From positions 225,308,001 to 225,372,000 of the forward strand of contig OZ024740.1 of the NCBI GenBank assembly GCA_964016885.1: DNA of 64,000 bases, written 5' to 3'. Origin of the DNA: Eledone cirrhosa (lineage: Eukaryota). Both the position numbers and the translations under genes were made by a program. The notes under the pieces are model-generated. The model was not told the DNA's origin. It was given only the letters and a program-made list of their open reading frames with translations, and ran no database searches. Every line of letters starts with the position of its first letter. The first letter of the stretch is position 1. This document shows positions 37,191-50,126 of this stretch, in pieces.

Positions 37191-37849
37191 TAAGTAGTGG
37201 AGGTACATATATGAAAAGACATATTCATGTAGAAAAATAGTTTGAGAATCAAGTTTTAAAGCTAATTATAAAAACCTAAAATATTAGACACAAATCATTG
37301 AGTTATTAGGGACACGGGTTAAAATGGTTGTTACCTGTATTTTTACAAAGTGTCTAATTGTCACATGATTCTGTAATCAATGAAGAGATGTAGAAATTTA
37401 GGTGACAAATACACAGAGCTGTAAGGACAACATTACTTGCAGTACTTGTTCCAGATTGCTGTGCTTTGTGTTCAAATTCCACGAAAAATCTATACTTTTC
37501 ATAGTTCGAGTGTCAATAAAATAAAGTACTTCTTGAGCAGTGGATTGGCAAATTCTTAGAGCATCAGACAAGATGTCTTGTGGCATTTATTTAGACTCTT
37601 TACATATTAATTTAAAATACTGCTGTGACTTATTTGGGTGGTAAACTTAATCTATCACCCAGTTTAATACCACCAACTTAAATTTGAGTGATTCGACTGA
37701 AACTCTCTCAGTTACAAACAATTCTTTTAAGAAAACATTCATCTCTCCCATCAGTTTCTAGTTTTAGTGCATTTTCCTCTCTCCTGCTCATCCCTCTTGG
37801 ATTCTCTGGAAATGGTCATGGTTACTATCCTTTTTTCTTTGACTAAACA

Positions 37850-38290
37850 TTATTATCATCATTTTACATCTGACTTTTCATGGTTGCCTAGATTGAATGG
37901 ATCTTTTCCAGCACAGCATCCCTTCAATAATTATGGTTCTTTATCAACTCGACTGAGAGATTCAGTGATTTGAGATCAACTCTCACAACCAGGGTTCCTA
38001 GGCCTTTCTCTACTGTAGCTTCCGACCTGTAATTTCTTGGCACTTCTTTACCCAACAATCATCTTCCATATGCATCACATGTCCATACCAGTGCAGACTT
38101 CTCTCCTGCTTACTACATCTAATTTCTTTTATATCCAGTTTTTCTTGCTGCTCATCCATGCTTTGTCATTCACACACATTAGCATTGCACATCCAGCAAA
38201 GCAGCTTTGCTTAATTTCTCTCTATTCTTCATATATCCTCTGCATTTATTGCCCATGACTCACTACCAAGCTTCAAACATAGGCATCATA
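37850..38290 (-). mobile_element. Degenerate RTE LINE 3' fragment
   Basis: CATCACATGTCCATACCAG (WYGHVM on minus) and flanking similarity to 44040-44270. Confidence 0.7.
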
Positions 38291-39316
38291 TATTTGTTGG
38301 GCTTTCAGCAAAATTTAAAAAATGTATATTTATGTGTCTGTTGTAGAATTAAATGATGCTATTTTCATATTTATTTAACAGAGGAAAAATTAATGGGACA
38401 TCATAGTCAGTGATTCTTTTTCTCCCTCCCACATCATGGATACTGCAGTAAATGTGGGGTTACTGCTTCCCTTGCCAAATACCTGGATTTATCTAATAAT
38501 TATTTTTTCCAGCCTGTGGTGTCAAGACGTTTGGTAGAGTTGGGTCGCTGAAAGCGAAGTTCTTATCATCACTGATGGCTCACCTTCCTGAGGTATCATG
38601 TGATGCTTGTGAGGGTGCATGGTTATTTCAGTGCCTTAGCCTCGCCATCACCTGTGGTAATGCTGCGAGCATGTTAGTTTGCCTCAAAGTATCTAGTTAA
38701 CCCAAGATGTGAGGTGTGGCTGATTGTCACATTTGGTAGTGAATTGCTTTCAAGCCTTGCCAAAAGTCAACATTGCCTTTCATCCTTACCAGTCCAGTTC
38801 AGTACTGAGGTCAATTATTCCTCTATATCTCTTTCTCATTTCCTCTCTCTCACGCTGTTCTCTGTTTCTTTTCTTCTCTGGAAGAAATCAGTTGTATTCA
38901 GACCTGAAGAGGGGATGTGTTGCATCAGTTTTAAAGTGTGTGTAACACACTTTCTCAAAGGATGATACCTCTATATCCCCATAAGGTATAAAAGTACATA
39001 AGAATACTTGATGATATCTAGCATTCGAAACCCTTAGTCAATGTGCTTTATATTGTTTTCTATATGACAAGCAACCTTTAGTGACTGATGACTCATATTG
39101 TTTTACTACTCTGTGCACTGGAATGGAAAGTTAATTAATCATCATGATGTTTACGTTGTCTTCATTTAATTGCTTTCCAAATGAAACACGTTCGGTTTCA
39201 AACATTCAGCATTATAAAAGTAATTAGGGAGTGTTACAAAAACTTATATGTCAATATTTTTGGTTAGTCAAAGAAAAATATTCAAATAAACAAATGAAAG
39301 AACAAAAAGCGCTTAC

Positions 39317-39553
39317 TATTTATATTTTCTAGTTGGAACAGTGTATGAGAATTGCTTTACAATATCTTGTACATCTTTTGTTGTAAGTCTTGCCAAAGTA
39401 AAATTTATCTTTCCATTCCTTCGGGGGGTCCTGATATTATAAGACATTAATATACTAACAATGTCAAACATTGCTACATACCTCATCATAGGATTCAAAC
39501 ATCTCATAAAAGTTGTTGTTTTATCATCATATTCAATATAGTGAGTGTCTGGG
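39317..39553 (-). CDS. Candidate host-gene internal exon (79 codons, phase 2-2)
   Basis: Minus strand TTTTTTGTTAAG| acceptor, open non-repetitive frame PDTHYIEYDDK...TVPTRKYK, and |GTAAGC donor; length 237. Confidence 0.45.
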
Positions 39554-39940
39554 CTTAACAAAAAAGCATTTAGAAGGAAACATCAGCATAATTTATTGTA
39601 GCATGTAATTGAATGTGCATGCCTTCCATTGATTTTTTTTCTATAATTTTTAATAGTTTGTATATTTTGTAAATCATATTTTTATTCTTTTACTGGTTTC
39701 AGTTATTTGACTTCATTCATGATGTTTTTATCAATCATATCGACCTTTGTACTTATATTTCAAGTTTGATTCTTATTTTATCGATCTCTTTTTATTAAAC
39801 TGCTAGTTTACTATGGGATATAAACAGAGTAACATACACAAATGTAAGCATAAACCTGGACACATACATATATTCAGCCTCCCCATCATTTAATGTCTGG
39901 TTCTCTTCTATCAATCTCTCTCTCTATATACATATGTATA

Positions 39941-40289
39941 TCATCATCATTTTCATCATCATTTCATTTTACGTCCACTTTTCCCTGCTTGCAAGGGTGG
40001 TACGGGAACTGATTCTGGCTTGATTTCTACAGCTGGATGCCCTTCCTAACACCAACCTCATTTACAGTGAGTGCTGGGTGCTTTTTTGCTGTGGCATCTC
40101 CACGACCACTTTGCAGTGGAATGATAGGGATCCCAGTTCCTATCATCTCATTTCTACAGCTGAGTAAACTGGAGCAATGTGAGATAAAGTGTTTTGCTCA
40201 AGGAAACAACACATCACCTGGTCTGAGAATTGAACTCACAACCTTTCGATTGTAAGGCCAATGCTCTAACCACTAAGCCATGTGCCTCC
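39941..40289 (-). mobile_element. Full-length tRNA-derived SINE with RTE-derived 3' tail
   Basis: Minus strand A box TGGCTTAGTGG, B box GAGTTCAATTC, central TGTTTCCTTGAGCAAAACACTT, and a tail shared with the RTE 3' UTR ending in (GAT)n. Confidence 0.85.
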
Positions 40290-40999
40290 ATATATATATA
40301 TTCATAAAAATAAAAACAACAGAGGACTGACTGGAAAATTTACTAGAAATTTAATTCCACCAAATCACTAAACATATTTTGATGGCCTAGCTCTATCATC
40401 TGTTTAAGATGCAAGACAAAGCGATTTCACCTGGTGTTATTTGCAGAATTGTGCAACAGGATTATATTGAATCTAAACATAGAATGGAAGATAGGAGATA
40501 GAAAAAAAAATAGAAGATAGAAAAGTCGATTCAGGGACACCCTGCAGCTATGGTTTTATATCAATATCAGATGGTCTCTGAATATATGTATATACATATA
40601 TATATGACTATATATACAAACTTTTTTATTAATGTTTTATACATACACACACACACACACACACACACATACACACATATAAATATATATATATCATATG
40701 ATACGCTTCTGCAGTTTCACTCTAACAAATCCCACTCACAAGTCATTAGCCAAACCATGGCTAGTCGAAGTTGAAACACAGCTGGACTGAACCCAGAACA
40801 AAGTAGTTGTGAGGCAAACGTCTTATCCACACAGTTATGCCTGCACTGAGCAAAATTTACTTGATGATTACCTTTTGAAATTTATTTGGTGACAGAACAT
40901 CTGTGTGATAAAATATTACATGCCATGCTGATTGTTTACCCTTTGATATATGCAATTAAATGTTTGATTAATTGCACTTCACTTGATTTCCCATCTTCA

Positions 41000-41330
41000 T
41001 TACTGCTGAAAGTCAGAGACCATGGACAAATGCAACAATGCGCTCCACAGGCTCATCTCCTTTTCCACAGTCATGCACTCTGCCAGCATTCTTTGCATCT
41101 ATTACCTGGTATCAGTACTCCAGCATCTTGGTCTTCCTCGTGATCTTCTGTTATCAATGCCATACTCTAAGATGTGGATGCAGAGGTTCTGGGCCCAGAT
41201 ACATGGCCAAATATTGTAGCTTTCACTTCATTATGGTCGTGACAATCTGCCTCTCAGTTCTCATCTCCTCGAGGACTGACGCAACATATTTGTCATCCAA
41301 GCAGCTGATGTGCTGTGCTTGCCTGTAATA
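41000..41330 (-). mobile_element. RTE-like C-terminal relic
   Basis: ASVLEEMRTERQIVTTIMK*KLQYL resembles the RTE C-terminal region before GHV. Confidence 0.5.
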
Positions 41331-42759
41331 TGTCTTTAATGACATCAATTTGTTAACATTGGTGAGTTTTAGTATACTGGTTTTGCAGCAAAACTGTGCC
41401 ATAATAGTAGTCATATATTTTATTTTTCCACTTTTATATATCATGTAGTCATGTAACAGAAATGGTTTGAACATTTCTACTTATTCAAACACAATATCTA
41501 TGTGAACCTCTTGAGCTATATTCTTCTCTCTTAATCTAAATAGCTTGAAAATATATATGATGTCTATCATTGTATAAAAGTATATTATTTGTAAAAGGCT
41601 CCACATTTTATGCAAGAGTTACTTCTAATATATATTCACCAATACATGAAGTAAATATATGATATACAAAAAAATAACATGTACAGATGAGATGAAACAA
41701 AGACTTGTTGCATACATGATATATATCTGATAGATTGTAGTTTTCCTCATCATGAAAATATAAATTCTTAATTATTTATACATTATTAATTCACTTGAAA
41801 TATCTATATAGTACCAATAATGGTGTAAAATTGCTGGAGCAGAAGAAAGACAAGATTGTAGAAAAATCCATAGAAAACCCATCACTTATATATATAGCCA
41901 GAAAAGCTCATTATAGCAATATTACTGAAGAAGATAGAAATCTATATTTAGATATTATATTTTCATAAGGACAATCAATTATAATCATAATTGTTAATAC
42001 TAATTAGGATGAAAGAATGCTATTAGTATAGATCTGATATAGATCTATATTGACAGAACTTTGCCATTAGAAATAAGTATAAACTTCAGTGAAGGTAATT
42101 TGTTTTACTATTTTATATTATACTGTTGTGTTAGGATATATGTTAGAATTGAATATATTCTGATAGCAGTAAACTGTCAAGTGGAAGTTGAAAGAGTTAA
42201 ACTCCTTTTATCATCCAGGTAGGTATACATTAGCAAGCAGCCTTATATAACTTGTTCAGAAGAATAACACAATGGCTCTAACACAATAGATCGGTTTTTC
42301 AGTGACTTAACCTCACGATTACGTTTTTTTTTTATTGTATTGCACAAAGTACTTATTTCCATTTTATTTCATTCTGTGAACAATAGCATAATTGGTTACC
42401 ACTTTCTAATGTGTCCATAATTGGTTCTCTGCATTTATGATGGCATGAATGACAAGGGATTGTTTTTTGGAAACTCAGGTAAAACTGAGAAGTTTTGTTC
42501 AAAAACACAGGTTTATTGTTTTTTCACACCAATTTTTACATATTTCACCAACACACATCACCAAACAAAAGATATACACAGGCATATGGATGATAGTAAG
42601 ATAGTTGTTACAATGCCAGCAAGAGATGGTGAAGATTATATTTTTATTGAGACGAAGCCTAATGAAACAAAAATGTTCAGAGTTTTTATCCAGTTTACTC
42701 TTCTCCTCCTCCTCCTCCTCCTCCTCCTCCTCCTTATTCTTCTTTGCCCACTTATTCTT

Positions 42760-43060
42760 GAGAGGGTTGTGGGGGCAGAGTCCTCAAACACTACTCATAA
42801 CGGGTCCTGTCAGAAGCAACCATCTCCAACTGATCTGGCTCGATTCCTAAGCAAGACCAGTTGAGCAAATGGATGTTATACAACCATCTTGTTTGGGGTC
42901 TAACCCCGGGTCTCCTGCCAGCTGGTTTTGCCCTTAAATTCTGTCCAGAAATCCTTTCCTGAGACATTATAACCACATGTCCTAAATATCAGAGATGTGA
43001 TCTCTCAATTTGGTGAAGTAGCAGCTCTACCTGGAGTGACTCTCTGATCTCCAAGTTCAA
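42760..43060 (-). mobile_element. RTE-like C-terminal relic
   Basis: LGHVV...KPAGRRPGVRPQTRW...LGI...VASDR. Confidence 0.65.
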
Positions 43061-43533
43061 CTCCAATTTACTCAGACAAAGAATAATGTAAGCAACCACC
43101 CAGTATTTTCTCTAATCATCACATTTAACCCTACCATGCATAATTCCAATGTTTTCAATATTGGAAATAACCGAGCCAATAACAACCCCCCCACCACCAC
43201 CACCACCTCAATCACGTATATATCATCTTTAGCAACAGCATTTAACATATATTTTCCATGTTTTCATAGGTAAGACAGTTTGCATGTTTTATGTTTGGCT
43301 AGGTTTCTATGGTTGGATGCCCTTCCCAATGCTAACCACTGTATTGTACCTGTAATATAAAAGTCAAGCTTTATTACATATTGTGTCCTCCTGATTTAGC
43401 TTGAGAATTAGGTTAAGAGTACATGTGCCAGAGAATATTTATCCACTTAATGCTACTTTACTGAGTTACTGACAACAGATTGTCCATCATCAAAACCAAT
43501 GGAAGACCCATCACTATAAAAGATGTACTGATT

Positions 43534-46500
43534 CATCATCATCATCACCGTTTTACGTCCGTTCTTCCACGCTAGCATGGGTTAGACGGGTTGTCCTGTT
43601 GTGGGCAGTGTCTGGTCGGCTGACCATGCCTTGCTCATACAGGAACTGATCTGGCTTGATTTCTACAGCTGGATGCCCTTCCTAACACCAACCTCATTTA
43701 CAGTGAGTGCTGGGTGCTTTTTCGTGGCGCCTACACGTCCACTTTACAGTGTGGGCTGGGTGCTTTTTTGCCGTGGCACCTCCACGACCACCTTGCGGTG
43801 GGGGGGGGGGGGCATATTGTTTATATGCTTCAGCATGTACCCATGGGAGGTCGGGTACCCTGTATTACTGCGTGACGCCAGAAGTCACGGTCGTGTGTCA
43901 TTGACTTTGAGAGGTGTAGTTGGGTAAGGTCGGCTTTTATCACCTCATCCCAAGTCATCTTGGGTCTCCCCACTCCGCGGTTTCCATCAACTTCTAGTGC
44001 TCTGCACCTTTTTATGCAGCTGTCATCCTTCATACGCATCACATGTCCATACCAGCGTAACCGCCTCTCCTGCACGCAGCATTTGATTCCTCTTATGCTC
44101 AGTCTCTCTCTCAATTCATTTATGCTTTGTCGTTCACGTATATTACTGTTACACATCCATCGGAGCATGCAGGCTTCGTTTCTCTCTAATCTACGTAAGT
44201 CTTCCACCTTCAGCGCCCAGGTCTCACTACCATGCAACATCGCTGTTCGGATACACGCATCATACAGTCTGCCTTTCATTCTGAGGGAGAAGCCTTTTGC
44301 AGCTAGCAGTGGTAGTAGTTCCCTAAACTTCTTCCATCCCGTTCTTACCCTAGTTATTGTACTTTCTGAGCACCCACCTCCGTTGCTAATTCGGTCACCT
44401 AGGTAGCAGAAGCTGTCTACTGTTTCTACAGGGCCCTCCCAGAGATTGGTGGTACTTGTTTCCTGTGGCTGTTTGCTTGCTGTTTCAGCACAGCTGCTGC
44501 ATGTGAATCCTACATTCTTAATTAAGCTTCCTGAGATCCCGCTACATCTCTTGTGTACCCATTGTTTGCATTTGGGGCAAAGAATGGAGTTCCTACCTAC
44601 ACCTTTCCTACATACTGAGCAAGGCCATTTCCCTGAGGGGATCTGGGTTCTGTTTTCTCGTCTACTTATAAGGACCTTAGTCTTTGTCATGTTGACTTTG
44701 AGGCCCTTTCTCTCTAGTCCCTGCTTCCAGGTTTGGAATTTATTCTCTAGTTCTACCATAGATTCAGCTATGAGTGCGAGGTCATCAGCATACAGGAGTT
44801 CCCATGGGCATCCGGTCTTAAACTCCTCCGTTATTGCCTGCAGGACTATGATGAACAGGAGAGGGCTAAGAACAGAGCCCTGGTGGACCCCAACCTGTAC
44901 GCTAAATTCCTCGCTATACTCATTGCCAATCCTAACTTTGCTGACTGCTCCCCTATACATGGCTTGTACCGCTTTCACAAGCCATTCATCTACTCCTAGT
45001 TTTCTAAGAGCCCACCAGATTACTGCACGTGGAACTCTGTCAAAGGCTTTCTCAAGGTCGACAAATGCCAAGTAGAGTGGCTTACTTTTAGCTAGGTACT
45101 TTTCCTGTAATTGCCTCACAAGGAAGAGCGCATCAGTGGTGCCTTTCCCTGGAACAAACCCAAATTGCATCTCGTCTATATTCACCCGGTCCCTAATCAG
45201 CTGTGCTATAACTCTTTCTGTTACTTTCATGACCTGGTCCATCAACTTTATACCTCTATAGTTTCCTCTATCTAGTGCATCGCCTTTACCTTTGTAGCAG
45301 TTGACAATGATGCTACTGCACCAATCTTTTGGTATGGCCCCCTCTAGTATTACCTGGTTAACGATACGTGTGGTTATAGTGTGACCTACAGACCCAGATG
45401 CCTTCAGCATCTCGGCAGCTATACCCGATGGACCGGTTGCCTTCCCTATCTTCATATCTCTGATTGCCTTACTTACTACGCTGCCGCTGACTTGTACTGC
45501 TGGTCCCTCTATAGGGTCTACGTGGGGTAGGGTCTCTTCTTCCCATGCATTCTCCTCATTTAGTAATCTATCATAATGACTCTTCCATGCATCTTTCTTC
45601 TCAGCACTTGTGAGGGCAAGCTCACCTTTATCATTCCGGATACACTTCTCTCCAATGACATCACAACTATCTCTGACACACTGCCTCGCAATCTTGAATA
45701 CCTCCTGTTTCTGGTCCTCACGTTGTAAAACATGCTTGAATTTTCTATCCTCTGCTTCCCTCCTAGCTAAGTATACTTGTCGCCTAGCTTCCCTCTTGGT
45801 CTCTATGTAATGTACCCTGCTCCCCCCGTTCTTCCATTCTTTCCATGCCTGTCTCTTGGCCTTGACTGCTTCATCTACCTTATTGTTCCACCACCAAGTC
45901 ACTCTCCTCCTGCTTGAGGTCTTACTCCAGCCACAAACCTCATCCGTCGCCTCTAGTAAGTTATTTTTTAGGAACTCCCAGTTCTCTTCTACGTTAAATG
46001 TCTCTATTTGTTCTTCTTTACTGTCGTAGGCGTTGAGTAAAATATCTTTAAATCTGTTACTGGTTGAGGGGACTTTCAGCTTCCAGATCTTTCTTCTCCA
46101 GGTTGGCCTCTGTTTCAGGGCTCGTCTAGTTCTGACCGTGAGGTCGCTGACAACTAAGCTATGTTGGGATGTACATTCCTCACTAGGGAAGGCTTTTGTG
46201 TTTACGACCGTCCATCTGTCACGTCCTCTGATGAGGATAAAATCTAACTGACTAGAGTGCTCCCCTGATCTATAGGTGATCAGGTGGTTGTCGGGTTTTT
46301 TAAAGTTTGTGTTACATATCGACATGTCATTGGCGTCGCAGAATTCTAGAAGTCTGAATCCTTCCTCATTCCTTGTGCCAACTCCATGGCCTCCATGTAC
46401 TCTATTGAAGCCGTCGCAGTGTTTACCTACGTGTCCGTTAAAATCTCCTGCAATGATTAGGAAGTCCTTGTCGTCTGTTAGAGCAGTAGTGTGTATTAGG

Positions 46501-47265
46501 GACTCGTAAAACCTATCCTTAAGTTCGTCTGGCAGCCCCGATTGGGGTGCGTAAGCTGATATTATTGTGGTAATTGTCTTATTCAGGACTAGTCTGAGTT
46601 TAATGATTCTTGCATTTACCCTGTACACTGAGATTACTTTATCTACCCACTTGTCAGCTAATAGTATACCTACACCACCCATCCCATCGTCATTTCCCAC
46701 CCAGAAAAATTTGTAGCACTGGCTTTTTCCTACAAGGACTCTAGCAGACCCTCCTCTCCATCTAGTCTCTTGCACACAACATACATCAACTTCCTTTCGC
46801 TCTAGCATTTCTACGATTTCTCCTGCTCTTCCTTTCATTGAGCCTACATTGATGGTACCAACTCGGAGTTTTGGGCATTTGTCGACACTCGTAGGGGAGG
46901 GTCTCTGGGTTGGCGCTTCACGTGGGTGCTTGGTAGCTCGCAGATTCATATTTCATCTATTGATTCAGAGTTGCTCGTGTATTCCCAGCTCATCCATCCC
47001 TAACGGTGAAAATTGAGGGCTAGAAGGACAGTGGTGGTGGGGTAATGGCAGGGTGTGTTGGGATGCGCCAGAGGAGGAGAGAGTTAGTTAGGCAGGTAGT
47101 AGCAGCAGCAGCAGCAGTGGAAATGGCATGCTAGGTTTGATTGGTCGAATAGACTATGGTGGTGTGTGGGGGTGGGGGGGAGGGAAATTGTGAGGTAGGA
47201 ACTGAGGGTCGCATGGTAAATATCCAAGTTAATACTACATCAGTAAAATTAACAATAATAACGTC
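43534..47265 (-). mobile_element. Apparently full-length RTE-clade LINE
   Basis: Single intact ORF, ~300-bp 3' UTR and (GAT)n tail at 43534; the 5' boundary is uncertain and may include the 95-bp array. Confidence 0.93.
43830..46949 (-). CDS. RTE ORF: APE endonuclease, reverse transcriptase and PHD-like C4HC3 zinc finger (1039 aa)
   Basis: TINVGSM, VQETRW, SAYAPQ, GDFNGH, LDFIL, SQHSLV (APE); QFGF, DLEKAFD, GVHQGS, YADD, YLG (RT); CSVC...CPKC...H..C...CSSC. Confidence 0.95.
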   Translation of the reverse strand: MNLRATKHPREAPTQRPSPTSVDKCPKLRVGTINVGSMKGRAGEIVEMLERKEVDVCCVQETRWRGGSARVLVGKSQCYKFFWVGNDDGMGGVGILLADKWVDKVISVYRVNARIIKLRLVLNKTITTIISAYAPQSGLPDELKDRFYESLIHTTALTDDKDFLIIAGDFNGHVGKHCDGFNRVHGGHGVGTRNEEGFRLLEFCDANDMSICNTNFKKPDNHLITYRSGEHSSQLDFILIRGRDRWTVVNTKAFPSEECTSQHSLVVSDLTVRTRRALKQRPTWRRKIWKLKVPSTSNRFKDILLNAYDSKEEQIETFNVEENWEFLKNNLLEATDEVCGWSKTSSRRRVTWWWNNKVDEAVKAKRQAWKEWKNGGSRVHYIETKREARRQVYLARREAEDRKFKHVLQREDQKQEVFKIARQCVRDSCDVIGEKCIRNDKGELALTSAEKKDAWKSHYDRLLNEENAWEEETLPHVDPIEGPAVQVSGSVVSKAIRDMKIGKATGPSGIAAEMLKASGSVGHTITTRIVNQVILEGAIPKDWCSSIIVNCYKGKGDALDRGNYRGIKLMDQVMKVTERVIAQLIRDRVNIDEMQFGFVPGKGTTDALFLVRQLQEKYLAKSKPLYLAFVDLEKAFDRVPRAVIWWALRKLGVDEWLVKAVQAMYRGAVSKVRIGNEYSEEFSVQVGVHQGSVLSPLLFIIVLQAITEEFKTGCPWELLYADDLALIAESMVELENKFQTWKQGLERKGLKVNMTKTKVLISRRENRTQIPSGKWPCSVCRKGVGRNSILCPKCKQWVHKRCSGISGSLIKNVGFTCSSCAETASKQPQETSTTNLWEGPVETVDSFCYLGDRISNGGGCSESTITRVRTGWKKFRELLPLLAAKGFSLRMKGRLYDACIRTAMLHGSETWALKVEDLRRLERNEACMLRWMCNSNIRERQSINELRERLSIRGIKCCVQERRLRWYGHVMRMKDDSCIKRCRALEVDGNRGVGRPKMTWDEVIKADLTQLHLSKSMTHDRDFWRHAVIQGTRPPMGTC

Positions 47266-47937
47266 ATGAAAAAAGCTACTAAGAGAAACCCTCGAAAATT
47301 TATCGCTAATACAGCAGGGAAAATTTAACGCTAATACAGCAGGGAACATCATATTAACGACATGAAAAAGCTACTAAGAGAAACCCTCGAAAATTTATCG
47401 CTAATACAGCAGGGAAAATTTAACGCTAATACAGCAGGGAACATCATATTAACGACATGAAAAAGCTACTAAGAGAAACCCTCGAAAATTTATCGCTAAT
47501 ACAGCAGGGAAAATTTAACGCTAATACAGCAGGGAACATCATATTAACGACATGAAAAAGCTACTAAGAGAAACCCTCGAAAATTTATCGCTAATACAGC
47601 AGGGAAAATTTAACGCTAATACAGCAGGGAACATCATATTAACGACATGAAAAAGCTACTAAGAGAAACCCTCGAAAATTTATCGCTAATACAGCAGGGA
47701 AAATTTAACGCTAATACAGCAGGGAACATCATATTAACGACATGAAAAAGCTACTAAGAGAAACCCTCGAAAGTTTATCGCTAATACAGCAGGGAAAATT
47801 TAACGCTAATACAGCAGGGAACATCATAATATTAACGACATGAAAAAGCTACTAAGAGAAACCCTCGAAAATTTATCGCTAATACAGCAGGGAAAATTTA
47901 ACGCTAATACAGCAGGGAACATCATAATATTAACGAC
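47266..47937. repeat. 95-bp tandem array, 7 near-identical copies
   Basis: CATGAAAAAGCTACTAAGAGAAACCCTCG at 47266, 47361, 47456, 47551, 47646, 47741 and 47839; each unit has CGCTAATACAGCAGGGAA twice. Confidence 0.95.
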
Positions 47938-48430
47938 AATATGTAGGCTAAAATACCTTCGTAGATTAGGTGGATGGCTGGCTGGGAAAATTGAATCATC
48001 TCTAGTGGTACATTTTAGCAGAGAAGAATGGCAAAGTGTCTTATCTTATCTTAAGTGATTATTAAACAAAATTCCAATGATAGAATTCATGATAAAATAC
48101 TTGACAATTCCATTATCAATACATTTAATTGCTTGCCATAGAAGCATAGAGATTATTAATAAAAGAGCGATAATGTTATGATTACTGAGAGAAATCATAC
48201 ATTTACTTTATGATTATGTATAAAAAGACTAGTATTTGTCAGTCACCACTAACAGATGAAATTGAAATATCAAACAAAATACTCTTGACCTAAATTCTTC
48301 TAGTGATCTAATTAATATAAAAGATTTCATGGAACTTTCTCTTTGTTTTAATAGACAGACATCTCACTTTGTCATTTCAGATTTAATTGATAATAAATAG
48401 ATAAATAAATAAATATATAATAATAATAAT

Positions 48431-49030
48431 AATAATTTCTTTATTAACTACACAGGGTTTACATTAAGGAAACGTTAAAGACGTTACAGGATGATACAGT
48501 GTGGGATTTTTTGTGTGTAAAATATATTTTATAACAGAGAATAAGAAACTAAACATTTGAAAAACAAAAATAACAAATTCTTCAAAGGCGAGGAGATTCC
48601 AAGTGCCACTCATGAAGAAATCCCACAAAAACTATGGTCACATTGTCTGCTATGGCAAAATGCCCTCTCCCAATTGTTCTCTGCCAATCTACAGGCATAT
48701 GCTCAAGGCAGGCCCATTCACATAGACCATGCTTGCCACTCTCACCAACCTTTCAACAAACTGCTTCGAAGGCAGCACTTTCCTCCCCACCCTGATTTTC
48801 CTCTTCAAGTGAAACCTGAAAAAGTTAATCAGGGCTTTGCCGAAAAGGAAAATGGCTGTTTTCGATCCTTTCAAATTCCTTTCACCACACAACCTCTTTC
48901 AGAATGGACACCAGGCAGATGGAACTGCCTATCCTTCTCCTCTAAAGGAAGATGGCAGGGCAATCTTCACATGGACTCAATTGATAGTCCAATCCATCCT
49001 ATATATGACAGCAGGTGCTCGACATAAACA
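48431..49030 (-). mobile_element. L1/Tx1-like LINE 3' relic
   Basis: ALINFFRFHLKRKIRV...FVERLVRVASM peptide, then AATAAA and an (ATT)n tail on the minus strand. Confidence 0.55.
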
Positions 49031-50036
49031 TTCCCCCTTTTTTTCTTCCTTCGCCTCCCATTTATTGCATTTATAGTCCTTTCCAATACTGCATGTTATT
49101 TCTGTATGTTTGACCAATTTATAATTATAGTAACAATAAATTTATGTATCTTTTAATAATGATAATATGACAATTTTTTAATAGTACATGTTATGGATTA
49201 TTTGTAGAATATCAATTAGAACTGAAACATCTCTTTAAAGTTATGTACCTTAATATAAAGTCCACAGATTTAGACAGCAACTAGAAGTTTTATTTCATTT
49301 GCATAAGAACATTATTATTAGGAAAAATACCCTTTAGAAAATTGATAGAAATAAAGTTTTTTATTTCATTTTGTGAAATGTACTTGTTTCTTTGAGGTGT
49401 GCTTTATATCACTCAGTTTTTTCTATATTGTTGATATATAATTATTTTCTTTTGTATTGTAAAATACAAAAAGAAATCCTAAATTTTTATAAAATTATAT
49501 AAAAACACTCTCTTAGAATTTGAAGTTTAGAAAAATAGATTTAATTCAATAGGACCCTCAAGTTTCATTAGAATAAAATTATTTTTATTGTTTAGAGAGA
49601 AACAGTTTAGAATTCGTCATCTAATGTTTGTACTGAATCACTTTTGACTTTACAAAATAGATACAATAACAATAAAAGAACAGTTTCAAACAAGATTCAT
49701 TATGTTTTCATTTAACAGTAAATTGAAACATATATATTACTAAACACTTAATGTTAAGAGGCATTACATTTCAATTTGATTTTACATGTGCCTCTGAAAT
49801 CTGTTAAACAACATCAACCCTAATAATATATCTTTCCAAACATAGACTCTCTTCTTCCTTTGAAATTTAAATTCCTGGGAAACAGGTTTATAAAACCCAG
49901 AAGTGATCGTATTTGAATTAAGAGAATTGTTTAGCTGATGCCATGAACTCTTTAATTCCTGGCAATCTGTTCAATGAAACTAAGAAATATGTGTTGATGT
50001 GGAAATTCAGTGATGTTGTATAACTTGTAAATTGCT

Positions 50037-50126
50037 CTATCGTTCTGACAGCCTCATAACAAATAGCTCAACTGTAATCGATGAGGGCATATGAATGGGC
50101 TCGGTGTGAATTCTGCGCTTTAGTAG
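50037..50126 (-). CDS. Candidate host exon (LLKRRIHTEP...MRLSER*)
   Basis: TTCTTTTTATAACAG| acceptor; phase 0 matches the donor of 50460-50545. Confidence 0.28.
   Translation of the reverse strand, partial: LLKRRIHTEPIHMPSSITVELFVMRLSER

Noticed and set aside
38900-39045. CTGAAGA...GAAAC hammerhead-like motif
   Set aside because: Stems I and III do not pair convincingly; probably a decayed PLE tail.
42421-42864. 147-aa plus-strand ORF
   Set aside because: Runs through a (CCT)n repeat into an RTE relic, with a non-ATG start and no convincing splice signals.
43960-46509. Plus-strand ORFs up to 209 aa
   Set aside because: Antisense shadows of the RTE ORF.
47266-47937. CRISPR-like array
   Set aside because: The units are contiguous and identical with no unique spacers, there are no cas genes, and the context is eukaryotic.
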